DNA of 64,000 nt. It comes from Camelus dromedarius. Its lineage: Eukaryota. Shown here in pieces: positions 26,186-41,125 of the stretch (within the stretch, counting starts at the first letter, position 1; each line of letters starts with the position of its first letter). Where the stretch lies: contig NC_087437.1 of assembly GCF_036321535.1 (NCBI RefSeq), positions 53,074,001-53,138,000 on the forward strand, read 5' to 3'. A program made the translations under genes and the position numbers. The notes under the pieces were generated by a model, which was not told the DNA's origin, made no database searches, and was given only the letters and a program-made list of their open reading frames with translations.

Positions 26186-26410
26186 GAAAGGGAGAGGGGG
26201 AGGGGCACAAAAGGGGTACGGGATTAAGAGATACAAACTACTATGTATAAAATAAATAAGCAACAAGGATATATTGTACGGCACAGGGAATGTAGGCATT
26301 ATTTTATAATAACTTTAAATGGAGTATAATATATTAAAAATATTGAATCACTATGCTATACACCTGAAACTAATATAACATTGTGACTCAACTATACTTC
26401 AACTGAAAAG
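26186..26410 (+). mobile_element. 5'-truncated L1 3' end (laurasiatherian type)
   Basis: gatacaaactactatgtataaaataaataagcaacaaggatatattgtac...caactatacttcaa. Confidence 0.85.
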
Positions 26411-29400
26411 AAGGATGTAGTTGAAAACACAATGGAAAGAATCTGCACTTCTGTGATACCTCAATTTTCTGCTTATGCTGTGAGGGATGTGATTCCTGAG
26501 TATTCAGGTCTCAGAAAATAAAGGGGGGCTCCACTTTTCATTACTTTCACAACTGACCTTTCCTGGACAAACCTTAAGACAACAGGGAAGGGTATGTGTC
26601 TGGCTCAGCTGCTTGCAAAAGATGTCCTTGAGAAGGTTTTAGGCACCGGGAGAAGAACAGGAAGCCAAGGACAGAAGGTAGAACCAAGAAACATGCCAAA
26701 AACTAGAACCTCTCCCTGCTGCATGTCTCCCAGTGTGGCTTGGCTTCTGCTCCCAAGCTGGGAGGACCATGCTAGAAAGGGCTGCTGTGCTCAGCAAACA
26801 GTCGGCAACCACAGTGAGCAGTGAGTCATCACTGGCGTGTGCTCTGATGGCATCGGATTCTTCATCAAATCCGCAGATGCTCCTGGAAATCATTTGAGGA
26901 AGCACTGCTCCAAGATCTGCTGTGCAGGCTTTTGTGAATAATAGCAGCCGTAAGGAGCTGTGAGGAAAAAAGTCCCTTTCTGGGAGCCTACTTGGCTCCC
27001 CCTGAAAATGTGGATAGCATTTAACCCCTTGTCTCTTCTGGAAGATCTGGGAGCCTTCCCAGAACCAGGAGCTGGCTGGCATGTGCACAGTCAGGTTTGG
27101 GATACAAAGTTTTGTCTTTAAAACAAGCAATGCCCTTCGGACCCTATTGGGAGGGAGCTCACAAGGCCGTTTCTCCTTAGCTCCAGGATGGGTGGTTAAA
27201 ACAGCTCCTTAGAGTAGCAGAAGCTGGATTCAACTGGATAGAGGAAATGAAGGCTCTTACCAGATTAAGGCATCTTAATGTGGACTCATATTTCTTGTGA
27301 CAGCTACTAGTCTCTCTCTCATCTCTTTGTCTTTCCTGCCCCTGAGTCTCAGTCTCTTTTTTATACTCTTTCTGTCCCTCTCTATCTCCACAGCCTCAAC
27401 ACCTCAGAATGTCCCTGCCTCACACATTCTCTTCCTTCTTCTCAGTATGCAAGAGCAAAATCTTTTCCTCCCATCTTCCAAGTGGAACTTACTCATGATG
27501 ACCCTCAGTTCCACTGTCCCTGCCTCTGATGGCATCTCCCAGCACCAGCTTCTCTACTTGTGAGCATGTTCAGGTCACTCTTCCAAAGAAACTGATGGCT
27601 GCTCGAGCTACTAGCATGTGCTTCCTCCCATCCCCTTCACACTTCTCCTCACCTTCTTAATTCATTCAGTTTGGATTCTAGCGTGTCACCTCTGAACCTC
27701 TTTTCTTGAAGGTCACAAACGCAATGGTCTCTTCTTAGTTGCTCTCACCTTTATCATTAACTATTTTAAAAGGCTCTTTTTGCATTGTCCTTTCTTTTGC
27801 ACTATTTTAATGGATAAGTACTGTTTTACAAAATAGTTTTGAGTTCCAAAATGTCTTGTCAAAATCTTTTGGGGTTGGCCTCAAATTGAAAATCATCAGC
27901 ATAAATTATTTCTGGAAAACAGATTGTACTAAATGATTTAATAAAAAGAAAATTCAGTTAAACAAAGTCTTACATAATGGTCTTAAAAAAACCAAAGCTG
28001 AAAAAGCATCTAACAAGATCAGTGTGAAATTCAGGCGACCTCATGACTGATCTGAAGTCTACATTTTCCTCCTTTTTTGAACCTCGGGTTCTTCTTCAGC
28101 AAATTGTGAGTGCTGGACCAGAAGTTCTCAAGTTCTGAACTTCAAATAGATTCTTCCTGAAACCAGTTCCTCTTTCCAACCCTACAGTTTCTGCTCATGT
28201 CAGTGGCACATTATCCTCCCGATATTCCAGGCTTAGTTTTGAACTCTTGGTCGTTTGAGACTAGTTCTTGTTCCTTCCTTCTGTCCACTGTTGTTCTGCA
28301 ATGTCTGTCACATCCAGGTCTTTTTTGTATCCTCTGCCCATCTGCTACCACCCTGATAAGGAGGCTATTGAAGGTCCCCACATTTCCAGTTTCAGACTTC
28401 TGTTTCTTGCATCCTATCTGGACCATTGTAACATCCATCAAAGGCTTCCTTGCCTCCTCTTCTACCTATCAGTACTCTCATCTTTTCTATCCTTGCCAGG
28501 TTGATCTTCCCAAAGTACAACTCTGATCAGACTGCTTCCCTACTCAAAAACTTTCCTTGGATTCTAATGGCCCATGAGAAAGCTAAGATCAGCTGTCTCC
28601 AAACTTTTAAAATCATGAGCCTCTCTATAAGATTTTCGAGTACACATTCCCACTCATCTTTACTTATACATTATATACGTGGACGACTGTGCTCCCCTTA
28701 CATGCACTGTAAACACACACAAAGAAGTTAGAAAATAGAAATTAGATGAGATAATCAGTATAAACAGAAGGTCTAATATGCAGTATTCCTCTGGTCCAGT
28801 GGGTCATCTGGTGCACTCCCTGAGTCCTTTGGGATTCACAGCCCTGCTATAATCCCACTCCAACCTAGATGTGTAGCTACTTCAACCTTGGAGACCACTC
28901 TGGTCTTTTCTCCTATTATTTCTATGTGTCCCTCCACACTCTGTCCACACTGATCGCTGTGTTCTTTCCTGGCCAACCCTCCATGTATTTCACATGAACT
29001 GCTTTCTTCTGTACCTATTAAAATTCTAGCTATCCTTTAAGATCCAACTCAGATGCCACTTCTTCCAGGAAGCCTGGTATGATCTCCTGTGCCTAAATTG
29101 CTATACTTTTCCACCTTGTTTCCTATCTTGGAACACTCGTATCTGCTGCCCTCTCAATATATAGTTGTTCATGACATACACTCCTTAGTTCCTCGACTGG
29201 ATCTAGAGCTGAAAGGTAGTAAAATATCTTATTTCACCTTTATATCCCCCACACCACCTACCACAGTATTTCCTGATAGGTATTTTAATGGATGTTGCAT
29301 TTTTCATTGGCACACTTGGCTGTCATCAATTACTGTGGGTCTGTTCAGTCAACATATATGTACCGAGTCTCTCAGATACAAGACACAGTGCTGGACACTG

Positions 29401-31712
29401 GTGATCTAGGCATGACTCCATACCTTTAAGGGACTCAGTGGGAAAGGTATTGAAATAATTCTAATATAGGGTCAAGAGTGATGAGTGTCATAGAAGAATT
29501 GACAAACTGTTGTGAGAACTTAGAAGACAATGATGTTGAACACATGTCCTTCATTTATATCCCCATCCTAGGGAACAGCATAGATTAAGCCCTGAAACAC
29601 AGAACATTTACATCAGAAGAGCTCAGAGGGGACTAGATCTCATTGTGTCAGAGATTCTGGAAGTTCCAGCGATTTGCTCTAGCCAGCTAGGGCAGAGTGA
29701 AAGCAGGAGCCCGATCTTCTGACTCCTGGTCTAGTGCTCCTGCTATTGTATCTGTCCCAGGCCCCTGTGCCGACATCATGCTCCCCCCAACTCCCTCTAA
29801 GCACCCCAAGTTCGGTAGGCAAAGAAATGTGCCTGGGGGGCACTCTCAGAGTGATGTCTGGGTTGCAAAAGAGTAAGTTCTTTATGAGCACAGGCCAGAC
29901 TCAGGGTAGCTGCTTGGGAAATGTGTGATGGGAGTGGCTGGATACTCTGCCCAAACCAGACAATCCACCACTATGGGGCACACTGGCAATTCTCAGAGCC
30001 TGAGTAACATCTCAGGTACTGCCGTTGTTCAGACTTCTTTTCCCCCCAGAGGCTGCAACTTTCATGCAGAAACTAGCTAGGCAATTGCTGTTTCTGCAAC
30101 CTGTTTAAAGAGAGAGTGAATTCTTCTACAGGCTGAGAAGGAAGGAGAACTAGGTGGAGAGTTTATCGAGCATTGTACATACGTGATCTTAAGGCTCAAA
30201 ACAACAGTGTGACATGGCACTGTTACTGCCATTTTGTGGATGAAAAAAATTCTGAGAACATAGATAACTTGCTCAAAGTCATAAAGCAAGAGGCAGAGCT
30301 GTGTTCTGTGCTACGTGTATCTGAGTCTAAGATCACAGTGCCACCAAGCCTCCCAGCTTCTCTGGCTCCACAGTTTTTGTCCACTTTTTGGCTGTCTTCA
30401 GCTGCACTTCGTTCTCCAGAGAATCACTTGGTGCCAATGGGCCAGGGCACACTTGTCACAGACAGATGCAGCCCTGATACTCTGCAAACTTTTATTCCCA
30501 GCCTTGCTTTCCTAGCAACCTGCCCCTTCCCACAGCTAACTCACTTCTCATTGAGATATTTTAGCAGCAATAAGCCATCAAGCTCAAGAGAAATTAAACC
30601 CTGTTGTTTCTGAACCCCATGCTGGGACATTACACCTACTAGAAGCCAGCCACACTGTGAGAGAGAATGAAATCAGAGTGACAGGGCTCCCCTGGAACAC
30701 AGCAGTGCCAGGCGTAGAAAGAGCAGGGGCCAGCCCGACGGAGGCGGGGGTGGCAACGTGCTCATAGCAGCCAAGCTGCTCCCTGCTTCTGAAAGCTCCC
30801 GTGGCCTTCACACCCTCGGTGGCCCTGACCAAACTGTTCGCCTCCCACTTGGCAGCCTCTGGGCGGACAGGCTGATTAGCAGCCCCCGCCAGTCTTTGTT
30901 CCTATGTTTTTGGAGGTGGGGGTGGGGACTGAGGGGCTGCAAGTTCTTTGCTGGCTTTGCCAGCCTTTCCACATGGCTTTTCTTTAGGAATGTTCTTTGA
31001 AACGATGCATTCTCAGTCTGGCCCCTCTCCTGGCAAACTTCCTCCAGCTTCATTCTCCTGGTGATCCTTAGTTTTATCCCAAAGCACCTCTCAGATATAC
31101 CTCAAGAGCGTGAGCTCTGTTGATTCACTCCCAAGGTCCAGCAGAGAAAGAACTGACTCAAGGTTTGTTGAAAGGACGACAAGATGAATAAATAAACAGC
31201 CAGCCTCCTCCCAAGTTCGTCCTGCTGATCAGTTGCTTTTCTGCAATTAGCCCTCATAAAATGACCCAGAACCAGGGAAAAGGGAGTTGAGTTTAAAACA
31301 TTCTGGGGAAAGGGGACAGAAACGGAATAACAATGGGCACTATTTTTAAGTGTCCTTGAAGTGTTAGACATTTTTCAAAAATTATCTTATTTAATTCACT
31401 CATCTGCAAACTTCAAGGTCTTTCTTTCTGGTTGTTGTTATCTTCAGTTCACAGATGAGGAAACTGAGGCTCAGAGAGGTGAAATGGCCTTGGCCACATT
31501 GCTGGTCTGCAACAAAGGCAGGAGTCTAACCTAAGACCATAAGACTCCAGGGTCATGGCTCTGAAACTTGGCTCTGCTAGTAGGAAGTAAGTTCTGGTGG
31601 GCAGGAACTGTGCCTTCTCATCTTTATATCTTCTACAGTGTCCAGCACAGTGCCTGGATGCTCAAGAAACATCAGATGAGCTGAATTTGAAAGTAAGGGA
31701 GGTCTTCCAGGC

Positions 31713-33460
31713 ATTTATTCATTCAACAAATGTTTGTTGAGTGCCTGCTATGAGCCAGATACTCTTCTGGGCACTGGGGACATAGCAGTAAACAAAAATA
31801 TTCTAGTGGGAGAGACAGACAATTAAATAAGTAAGTTATGTAGTGTGACAGATGGTGAGAAGTAATATGGAGGAAAATAAGGCAAAGCAGGAAGGGAGGA
31901 AGTGTCAGGAAAGAGGGTTTAACATTTCAGATAGAGATGGTGACATTCACTGAGAAGGTGATTTGAGCAAACACTTGAAGGAGGTGAGGGAATGAACGAG
32001 GTGGGTATCTGGGGGAGGAACATTTCAGGAAGAGGCCAGAGCAAGTGCACAGGGGCTGAGGTTAGAGCACCCTTGGCTTGTCTGATAGCATCAAGGAGGC
32101 TAGTTTGGCTGGAAGAAAATGAGAAGAAGAGTAGCAAGAGATGAGGTCAGAGAGGAGGGGGAAGTGCAGATTGTAGTGATCTTGATTTTGACTCTGAGTA
32201 GGGGGTGTGCGGAACATACGAGACTGTCGAACAGAACAGTAAAATGATTTGACTTCAGTTTTAACAGACTGCTCAGGATGTGTGTGGAACAGACTTTAAA
32301 GGTCAAGAGTAAAAACAGGGAGCCCAGTTAGGAGACTACTGCAATAATCTGAGCAAAATATGGTGGTGCCTCAGGTCAGGGTGGCAGCAGTGCAGGTGGT
32401 GAGCTGTGTCTGGAGTTTGGATGTGTTCTGAAGGCAGAAGTGACAGAATTTGCCGATGAATTAGATGTGGGCTGTGAGAAAAAGAGAAAAGTCAATGATG
32501 ACGCCATAGTTTCAGGCTGAAAAACTTGAAGAATGGAGTTGTCATTTGCTGAAATGGGGAAAACTGCTGGAAAGACAGGTTTTATCGGGAAAGATCAGGG
32601 AGGTCTGTTTAGCTCATGTTAAGTTTGAGATGCCTATTTAATTTTTAAGTGGAGATGTCAAAGGGTAAGAACAAAACTGGGAGAGTGTAGTGTCCTGAAA
32701 ATCAAGTGAACGAAGTGGAGGAGAATTTGACCATGTCCAGAGCTGTTGAGTAAAATGACTATTGAGCTTTGCTATATGGAGGTCCTTAGCTATTTTGACT
32801 AGTGGTTTTAGTGGAGGAGTGGGGGTTACATGCTGACTGAAGGGCTTTCAGGAAAGTGGGAAGAAGAGAAATTGGAGGCAATGAGTATAGACACACCTTT
32901 TGTGAAGCTTGTTATAAGGGACAAGAGAGAAATGAGGTGGTAGCTGGAGGGAGAAGTGGAGTCAGAAGAATGGTTTTTAATATAGGGGAAATAGCAGTAT
33001 GTTTATTTGTTGATGAGAAAAATCCACTATATAGAGAAAGCTCATTGGAAAGAGCGAGTGAGAGCGAGAGAGAGAGAGTAATACGTTGCTGAAGCAATCA
33101 GTGCCTGTCAATAGACCAGAGAGGATGGGATTGAGTGCACATGTGGAGGGACTGGACTGAGATCAGAACACAGAGAATTCATTCCTACTTGCAGGAGAAA
33201 AAGTATAGATGGGCGGGCACATAAGGTGAGGTTCTCGGGGAAAATCTCAGGGAAAATGATTGTTTTTATTTTCTCAATGAAGTAGAAAACAGTTGATAAC
33301 TGGAAGTTGAGGGAGAGGTGGAGGGGTGAGATTTGAGGAGAGAGGAGAAGGTATGATGTGGTCCTCTAGGGTAATGAGAGGGTGAATGGACTTGGGAAAC
33401 ATGTAAATTCCAGGCACACCAGTGGCTCATTTGAGATTTGGGAGAAAATTTAAGAAGCAA
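31713..33460 (-). mobile_element. Long L2 fragment
   Basis: Reverse L2 3' end ttcattcaacaaatgtttgttgagtgcct; purine-rich L2 body (aagtttgagatgcctatt, gtggagatgtca). Confidence 0.85.
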
Positions 33461-33555
33461 GTTCTTCAAAGTGAGCTAAACTTCTAAAAGAGGGACAAAT
33501 TATGGAAAAGCTAGAACATGAGGTTTTTAAAGGCTTGAAATGAAAATGTTCTTAC

Positions 33556-33632
33556 CTCATGTGGGCCATATTGTTTGAGGCTCCCACCCTCATTAAATTC
33601 AGCCAAGACGTCTTTTATCTTCTTGGTAGAAT
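33556..33632 (-). CDS. DGKG: DGKG exon 3 (77 nt): (Y)STKKIKDVLAEFNEGGSLKQYGPHE
   Basis: Acceptor ctctccag|AT, donor GAG|GTAAGA; in frame with neighbours. Confidence 0.97.
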
Positions 33633-36600
33633 CTGGAGAGATATAATCCATATGTGAAACATTGGTGAACAGCTAATGGGAGCTAGGCCAAGTAAATTCT
33701 CCCTGTCCAACCCTAACCTTGGTTACCATGGAGCGGCCCTTCATTCCAGAACCACAGGAAGGAGTGTCAACTTTATCTGCCCTCTGCTTTCTCATTTCTT
33801 TTTTTCAGTATATTCTCTCTCTTGCTGTATGAACTATCTTTCTAAAACACAAATCTGATCAGATCCTGTCTCTGCTCAAAACCCTTAGATGGCTTTTAAT
33901 TTTCTCAAGATAAAGCCTAACCCCCTTTGCTTGGTAACACAAGTACTTGGTGATCTGACCTAGCTATGCCTTACCTCTTACCTTAACCGTACATTCACTC
34001 CATCTTTCAGCCACATCAAACCACACTTCTAGAAATCTCTGAATACCCTGTCTCTTCTCTGTATTGCAAACTTCGCTTAATTCTCAGTACCCAGCTCAAA
34101 TGTCAACTCCTTTGAAAAGCCTTCCTTTCCCAGCCAGAGTTAATCGTTCCTTCACCTGGCTCCTATATGGCCTGTACTTAACTCTGTAACAGCACTTGTC
34201 ATATGGTATTATAATTATTTATTAACTTGCCTCTTTTGCTCATCTCCTGCCTCAGTTCCACCTTGAGAGCTGTGAGTCTTTGTGTATCATACTAAGGTCT
34301 GAGACATACGAGTGTTCAGAAAAACAATATATTAGATGATCGAATAAACATCTGAGCATAAATTTAAAAACATTTAAAATTTGTTAATTAAATGGGATTA
34401 GTGGGCATCAAGCCTGGCAAGGTTCTGTCCTTGGTGCTGAAACAGAGACAGGATTCATCAAACATGGTAGTTTAGAAAATTCTGTTTCCATAGGAAATAA
34501 TTTAGAAACTAATGGAGAAAATGGTGACTTTTCTTCTCCTTCTCCTTCTTCCTGGATTTTTATAAGGGAATTTGGAGTCAAGAAAAAGGACTCAATAACT
34601 GTCATTACAAACACATCCTAAGTGCATCGTGTGTAGTTACCAGCACCCTAGATATCAAAGAAAACCAGGACTTCTGTGTTCTCCTTGTCTTGCAGTATTG
34701 TGGGTAATTAAGAGCTTCTCAAGTACCATTATTGCCACAATTCAAACATCTGAGCAAAGGGCAAAGTCATTAAAAGCTGACATAGTGTTTCTCAGTGTTC
34801 AGGCCCATGGTACAAAGGGCTATGCTCTCTTAGGCCTACGTAAAGTAGTTGGTGCTTGTGCGCTGGGCTGTTCTCCATGGCTTTGCTGACTTGGATTCAA
34901 TCAAGCACAAGTTATAATCATTTCAAGATTGAGACACATTGAAATGCCACAGGAAAATGCTGCTGTTGCCTAAAAATGGACATTTCTTTCTCAAATTCAA
35001 AACAGATGTTGAAAAACTAATAGCTCAGTGAGATCCAGGCAGCAGATGCCATCAATTTGGGCTTCTTTCATTCAATTCAGAAAACACTATGGAGGGTAAG
35101 GTGCTGCTAGGTAACTGCTGATGAACTAGTTAAGGGCAGGATCTGAATAGCCATGGTAATAATAGCTACCCCTTACTGAGGACCTTTACTGCATATCCTC
35201 TCCCCTACCAATCCATGCAGATTTGGTGATATTTTCTTCAGCTTACAGATGAAGGAGCTGAAATTCAGAAAAGTTAATTGACTTGCCTAAGAGTCAGGGT
35301 TTTAACTCAGGTCTTGTCTGGCTCAAAAGTCTACATTACTTTCCCTTAAGCACTGTTCACTATTAATTCTCAAACATTTGCTAACACAGGAAAAGGGTAA
35401 TTAATACTGCTGCAATTATATGAAGCTCTAGGAAGCACAGAGTGGGGAAGAAGTAAAATGAACAGGGAAAGAGTAAAATTAGGATGAGAGTAGGGGTGGG
35501 ATGGGAACTGGGATTGCTCTATGAAGGAGGTGGCTTTTGAGCTGGGGTGTGAAGAACAGGTAAAGTTTTGAAAGGCAGATATGAGGTGGCAAGTGCATTC
35601 TCAGAAGGCACAGGGTGAACAAAGGTGCAGAGATGGACACCACAGGACCTTGAGCCAAAGTTAAAACCAGAGAGGAGTATGGAGTCAGATTTGTGGGGGT
35701 CTTGAAAGACCAAGTTAAGGACATTGATTTGAAATCGTCAAAGATTTTTTGAGTAGTAGGGTAACATAACCAAGTCTGTTTTCTAAATGTCACTCCAGCA
35801 ACAGAATGGAAGAGAGGTTGGAATCAGGTCAGAGTTGTTAAGGTCACACATAACTTATAGTCAAATTATTCTATAAGTAGCTTAATTATTTAGGAAAAAA
35901 CACTATATTTTAGAATCTATTTTAATAGGAGATCTTCAGCTCAGCCAGAATGGCAAAATTTTTTTAAAAATGAAAATTTTGGAGCATAGGTCTTCCTGGT
36001 GTGGCTTCTATAGAAGTAGTCTAGAGCCAGCGTTTTGATTGAGAACCAAGGGAGTGATTTCACTTGAATTTATGCTCTTTGGATGTTACTGTCATATTTT
36101 AGAGACTCTACAGTTCATCCTAGCAGAAATCCTTTGGTTCTAAAGTGCTATTGAGTTAATCTTATTGTATATTTAAATGTATGATGTGTATATTTATACA
36201 GACATAGGTGTATACACGTTTTACATATAAACGCATGAACTCATATCTTCGTCACATGTACATATTCAGGTAAGCAGTTTTTAAAAAGAAAAAGTAGGAA
36301 AGGTGTTTATTTAAAAATCTCTGATCACTAGCCTAAAATTAAATAGGAAACGAGCAATCCAAGAGATTGCTGGTTCCTAGATTTCCATGAGGGGTGTTCC
36401 TCACCACACATTTACTTCAGTCTGTTTTATGGGTTTCTATGAGTTAGTAAGACCAACACCTTTCCTTTCTAAAAAGGGGAGACAATCTAGTCTTCAGATT
36501 TGAGGCCCACTACTTTCTCCTTGGAGGTCCTTTGATACTTTATCACAGTTTTCTTCTCAACAGATTTCTGGGCTGGGTTTCTCTTTCCCTGAGGAGTAAG

Positions 36601-37104
36601 TGGACACTGCTCCACACCATTTGTCTGAAGATAGTTAAAAACAAAGATGGGCTTCTTTAGAGAACTCCCTAGTCTTACTTCAGGTGTCATCTGTGGGCCA
36701 AAGGGCACAACCTCAGTAGAGGCTGCCCTGTCCAAGCCTGTGTTGTAACACTACCACCAGACCCACAGGAGATAAAGTTCCATTTCTAAGTGTGCAAGGT
36801 AGGGTCATGTCCACAGTTCTTGGCAGCATCTCCTATTTTGTTGAGTACTTGCTATGTGCCAAGCACTGTCCTAGTCACTTCCTGCATTTTATTTAAATCC
36901 CCAAAACTACCCCCTAATATAAGAGTTAGCCCTATTTTAGAGAAGGGGAAACTGAAGTTTAAGGAAATTAAATGATTCTTTCAAGAGCACAGAGCTAGTG
37001 AGTGAATGAGTCACTCTTATTTTTAAATATATACAATAGTGTGACACAGTCATTAGATTCCTTGGAAACACAAATACTGGTAAATCAGAAGATAAGGTCC
37101 TGCC

Positions 37105-39430
37105 TCTGTTAGAGTGGCTCTCTAATCTGGCTGTGTGTTAAAATCACCTGAGGATCCCTATATGCATTGAAACCCAGGCCTCATCCTAGACTAATTAAGT
37201 CAGCATTTCTTGGGGGATCTAGGAATCAGTATATTTTAAAAGCTTCTGGGGGTTCAGATATATAGTCAAGGTTGAGAACTGCAGTTCTATAATGTGGTTT
37301 TATTGTTAGACATGAAGACTGTCTTAGGAAGCTGCTGAACTTGTTGGATAATCACTGCGAAAGAAAAAAAATAAAGATTGTAATTCTGCTAAATCTAAAA
37401 TCGTTGTGCTTGGTCAACGTTCCCCATCTTTTAAGTGGACAGCACTAAAGAACTCCACCCAGCAGGTCACCTTATTCAGCTGCTTGGCAAAGTAAGGACA
37501 CATTTTGCACTAACTCACCCTGGCGGGACCATCAGCATGCAGTTTTATCCCAAATCAGAGATTTAGAAGGCTCGTCTCTGCTCAAGGTTGCCGGCGGTAA
37601 CAACTGCCCTAAGAAGCTTCAGTCTGAAATTGTTTCTTGATGCCAAGAATTCCGGGACCTTAACCAAGCACTTGTTCCTAGTGTTTGAGCGAATTCAAAG
37701 CCTTTTTAAGGAGAAAATTTGGCGCTACTCACAGACATCTTTGCTGCTATGTTTGTGTGGGACAGGGATGTTCTCTATCTGAACAAGCAGACAAATCAGG
37801 AGCTTCAGTGTTTAGAGCAGCATGTCAGCTGTGCTGCCTGAACCAGGACCCAAAGTTTATGGACCGTCTTCTAGTTAGGAGCACCGAGTATCTGAGCACT
37901 AGCCAGACCATTAAACTTTGAAATAACTATAAATCAACACTTTAAAAAGTGAGTCTGAAAACCCGTAGATGAGAGTGAAATTCTAAGGTACAGGATTAAC
38001 TCTCCATTTCTCAAAGCTCCCTAAGATCATCTCCAACTGTAACATGCATGGGGATGAGGTTTAAATGCAGATTCTGATTCAGTAGGTCTGGATCAGGGCC
38101 TGAGATTCTGCATTTCAAGTGAGATCTTAGGTGACACCAATTATACTGGTCCATGGACCTCACTTTTCATGAGCAGACCTGAAGCAACATTCCTGTATCT
38201 CTGTGGCTTGCCTGTCATAACACAGGAAAAAACATGCTGCTGAGCCTAAAGGAACATATTCCACAGATTGGGAAGATCATGAATGACTCTCCACCCAGGG
38301 AGGGAAAGACACAGAGAAAGGGAAAAGGGAAAGTTGGCACATGAGGGGAAAAAACATCCAGAGTTTCCTTCTTCCAGTGAAGGCTGGGATGTATGAGTAA
38401 GTATTCTAAGTGCTCCAGAGAGTCAAGAACACAGTGAGATACACAAAAACAAGAATGGGGTTCTCCAAGGGTCCTGAAAATGATGATGTCAGAACAGAGA
38501 TGCCAGGCTAGCAGCACTGCTTCGAAAGGCCCACCTTTGCAGCCAGCAGGAGTCAGGCCCCAGAGTGGAATGTGGGAAGTATGTCTAAGAAGTCCAGCCT
38601 CATAAGCACTGACACATTCCCCCAGTTACACGTCTTCTCCTGTTCACTGCTTATCCTCAGCATGTAGTCCATTGCCTGGTATAAAATAGATGTTCAATAA
38701 ACATTTTTGGATAAATGAGGGCTAGAAAGGAAATTGGGCTGCCACGTTTGTTCCATAGGTCCTATAATTCCCAGGGGCATAAGGAGAAAAGGTAGGCCAG
38801 CGGTTCTCAATCGTGGCTGCATGTTGGAATCACCTGGGGAGCTTCAAACACTACTGATGTCTGGGTCCCACACCTACAAATTATGATTAAATGGTTCAGG
38901 GGTGACGGGAGGGAGTGTGGGCAGGACACCAGAAGTGTTCAAAGCCTCTCCGGTATTTCCAACATGGAGCCAAGACTGAGGACCAAGCTAACTACTGGGG
39001 GGAACTGTGGAAGTGACGGCCTTGCAACAGTGTTACATACAGAACAAGGAAAAAAACACTTTACGTTGAAGTAGAGGGACATTTGGCTGATAAGGAAAAG
39101 CCTCTAGGATACTAAGATTTTCAATTTACCATAAATGATCTGAATGACTGGTAAGGCTTATTTGTATAAGTAAAATTTGCATTGCTAGCAAGATTTCCCA
39201 CTTTTCCTCCAAATAACTTGGCCTCATCAGCCATAGGTAGAGGAATGTATTAGTCTGTACCTTCTTGCAACTAAAATTGCAGTCCCTGGACAAGATGTAA
39301 CAGCATAGCCTGGGAGCTTGATAGAAATGCAGAATCTCAGAACTACCCCAGATCTCCTGATTCAGAATCTGCATTTTAACAGAATCCAGGAGATTCTGTG
39401 CACATTCAACTTGGAAAGCCATTCTTCTAT
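37105..39430. mobile_element. Cluster of four separate MER5-like hAT MITEs (about 37105-37285, 38020-38170, 38797-38995, 39270-39430)
   Basis: Recurrent motifs cagcggttctcaa, gaatcacctggggagc, aatgcagattctgattcagtaggtctg, cagaatctgcattttaac. Confidence 0.75.
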
Positions 39431-41125
39431 AGCAGTCTCTCCCAATCCATAGATTCTGTAACCATTTGTGGGCAGAGTTCCAGTCATCACTAATGAAAAG
39501 GCCAATTGTACAGAAAGAGATGTGGGTGAGAAATAGCTGTAATGACCCTTTCCAAGATGGAAGCAACTAGACATGACCCTTCATGGGCCCAGGATTCCAT
39601 GAACATTGATTAAATCTCATTATACTGACCAATATAAATAGCAAAGTTTCAATGGCGCTTACTTACAGCCTAACTTTGTTCTACAAATCAATCCTAAACA
39701 TTTTCTCTGACTCCTATACTAACACTGACAGGTTTGAATTCTGAGCTATAAATTACCTACATCTTAAAGTCAGAAACCGTGCCTTGATCTCATTCTAATG
39801 AAATATGTTTCTGGACAGCACACTTTACTGATTCATTCTTTTTAAAATGTCTTTTAAATTTTGTTCTATTGTAATTTAATTAACATATATAAATGGGTTT
39901 TTTTCTTTAAAATGCATGGTTGGAGGTTGAGCTCCAATGAGTACTTTCTAATTAATTTGCTGGAACTAAATTGAAGCAAACTGAATTTGACCCGGAATTT
40001 GAAAATTTTGGTTCTGATTCTTATTCTGCCGCTGACTTTCTGGGCGACTTTGGGCAAGTCACGGAGCTCTTCCGGCTTCAGTGTTCTTATTTGTAAAATG
40101 GGTAGTAGTTGGACTTGACCATGGCTAAGATCTCTCCTAGCTTTAAAAAGGCTACAAAATCAAGCAACCACTAGCTGATGTAGGAAATACTTGGTTTAAT
40201 TTCTTAGAGAATTACCAGTAAAAATGGATGTTTTATCAGTTTTTTTCTTTTTCCCCTTTATGAATAAACTGATAGTTTCTGTCCTTGATAAATTACAGGA
40301 AAAATTACACCACTGCCACACACACCCCAAATATCAGGATTAGAACAATAAGCCAATTATATCTCTGAAGCTGTTAGGGGAGGGTAAGTAGCGGTTATCC
40401 TCACATTCTCATGCCCTCTGAGGTTGAAAAGAAATCTATTTAAATATAGAAACTAAGTAGTGGTAGAGTTAATGAAGGTCATTTAATCAACCGGACATCT
40501 GATGCTCTAACCTCCCCTATTGTGTCTGCCAGGCAGTTCTGGGGAAAGGAAACTCAGTCGCTTTGGGTCAATTCTATTCCATACTGGGCAGGTTTGACCA
40601 TTAGGAATCATTGTATTCCTTACTTTAAACTAGTATTTCTTCCAATGATTTTTCTCCCATTAGTCCTAGGGCTACTTCTTGAAGCTGTTCAAAATTAACT
40701 TTACACCTCCTCCCACAGAGCACTGTAGCTATTTTAATACAACTAGCTTTCCCTCACCCTTCCCTGAATTTTCCCTTTTCTAGCAAATATGTCTAGTATT
40801 TTCACCCATTGCTTCATAACCAGGCTGTGAGGCCCCTCACCATGCTGGTGGCACTTCTCAAACAAGCCCCAGTTTGTCCACATCCATTGGAAATGGTGGT
40901 GCCCAGAAATAAATTCAGTTTTCTAGAGAGGTCTGATCAGGGTGGGGTAGAATGCGGATATCAGTAGTCTTACTAGACGCTATGAGTCTAATAATACATC
41001 CTAAGGTCACAATCAGTGACTTGATTAAATAAAATAATGTGTATGTACTCAAAAGAAATCTCTGCAGCCATTAAAGCCATGCTTCTGAAAACTACTGGAT
41101 GATACAGAACACCTCAGGACATACT

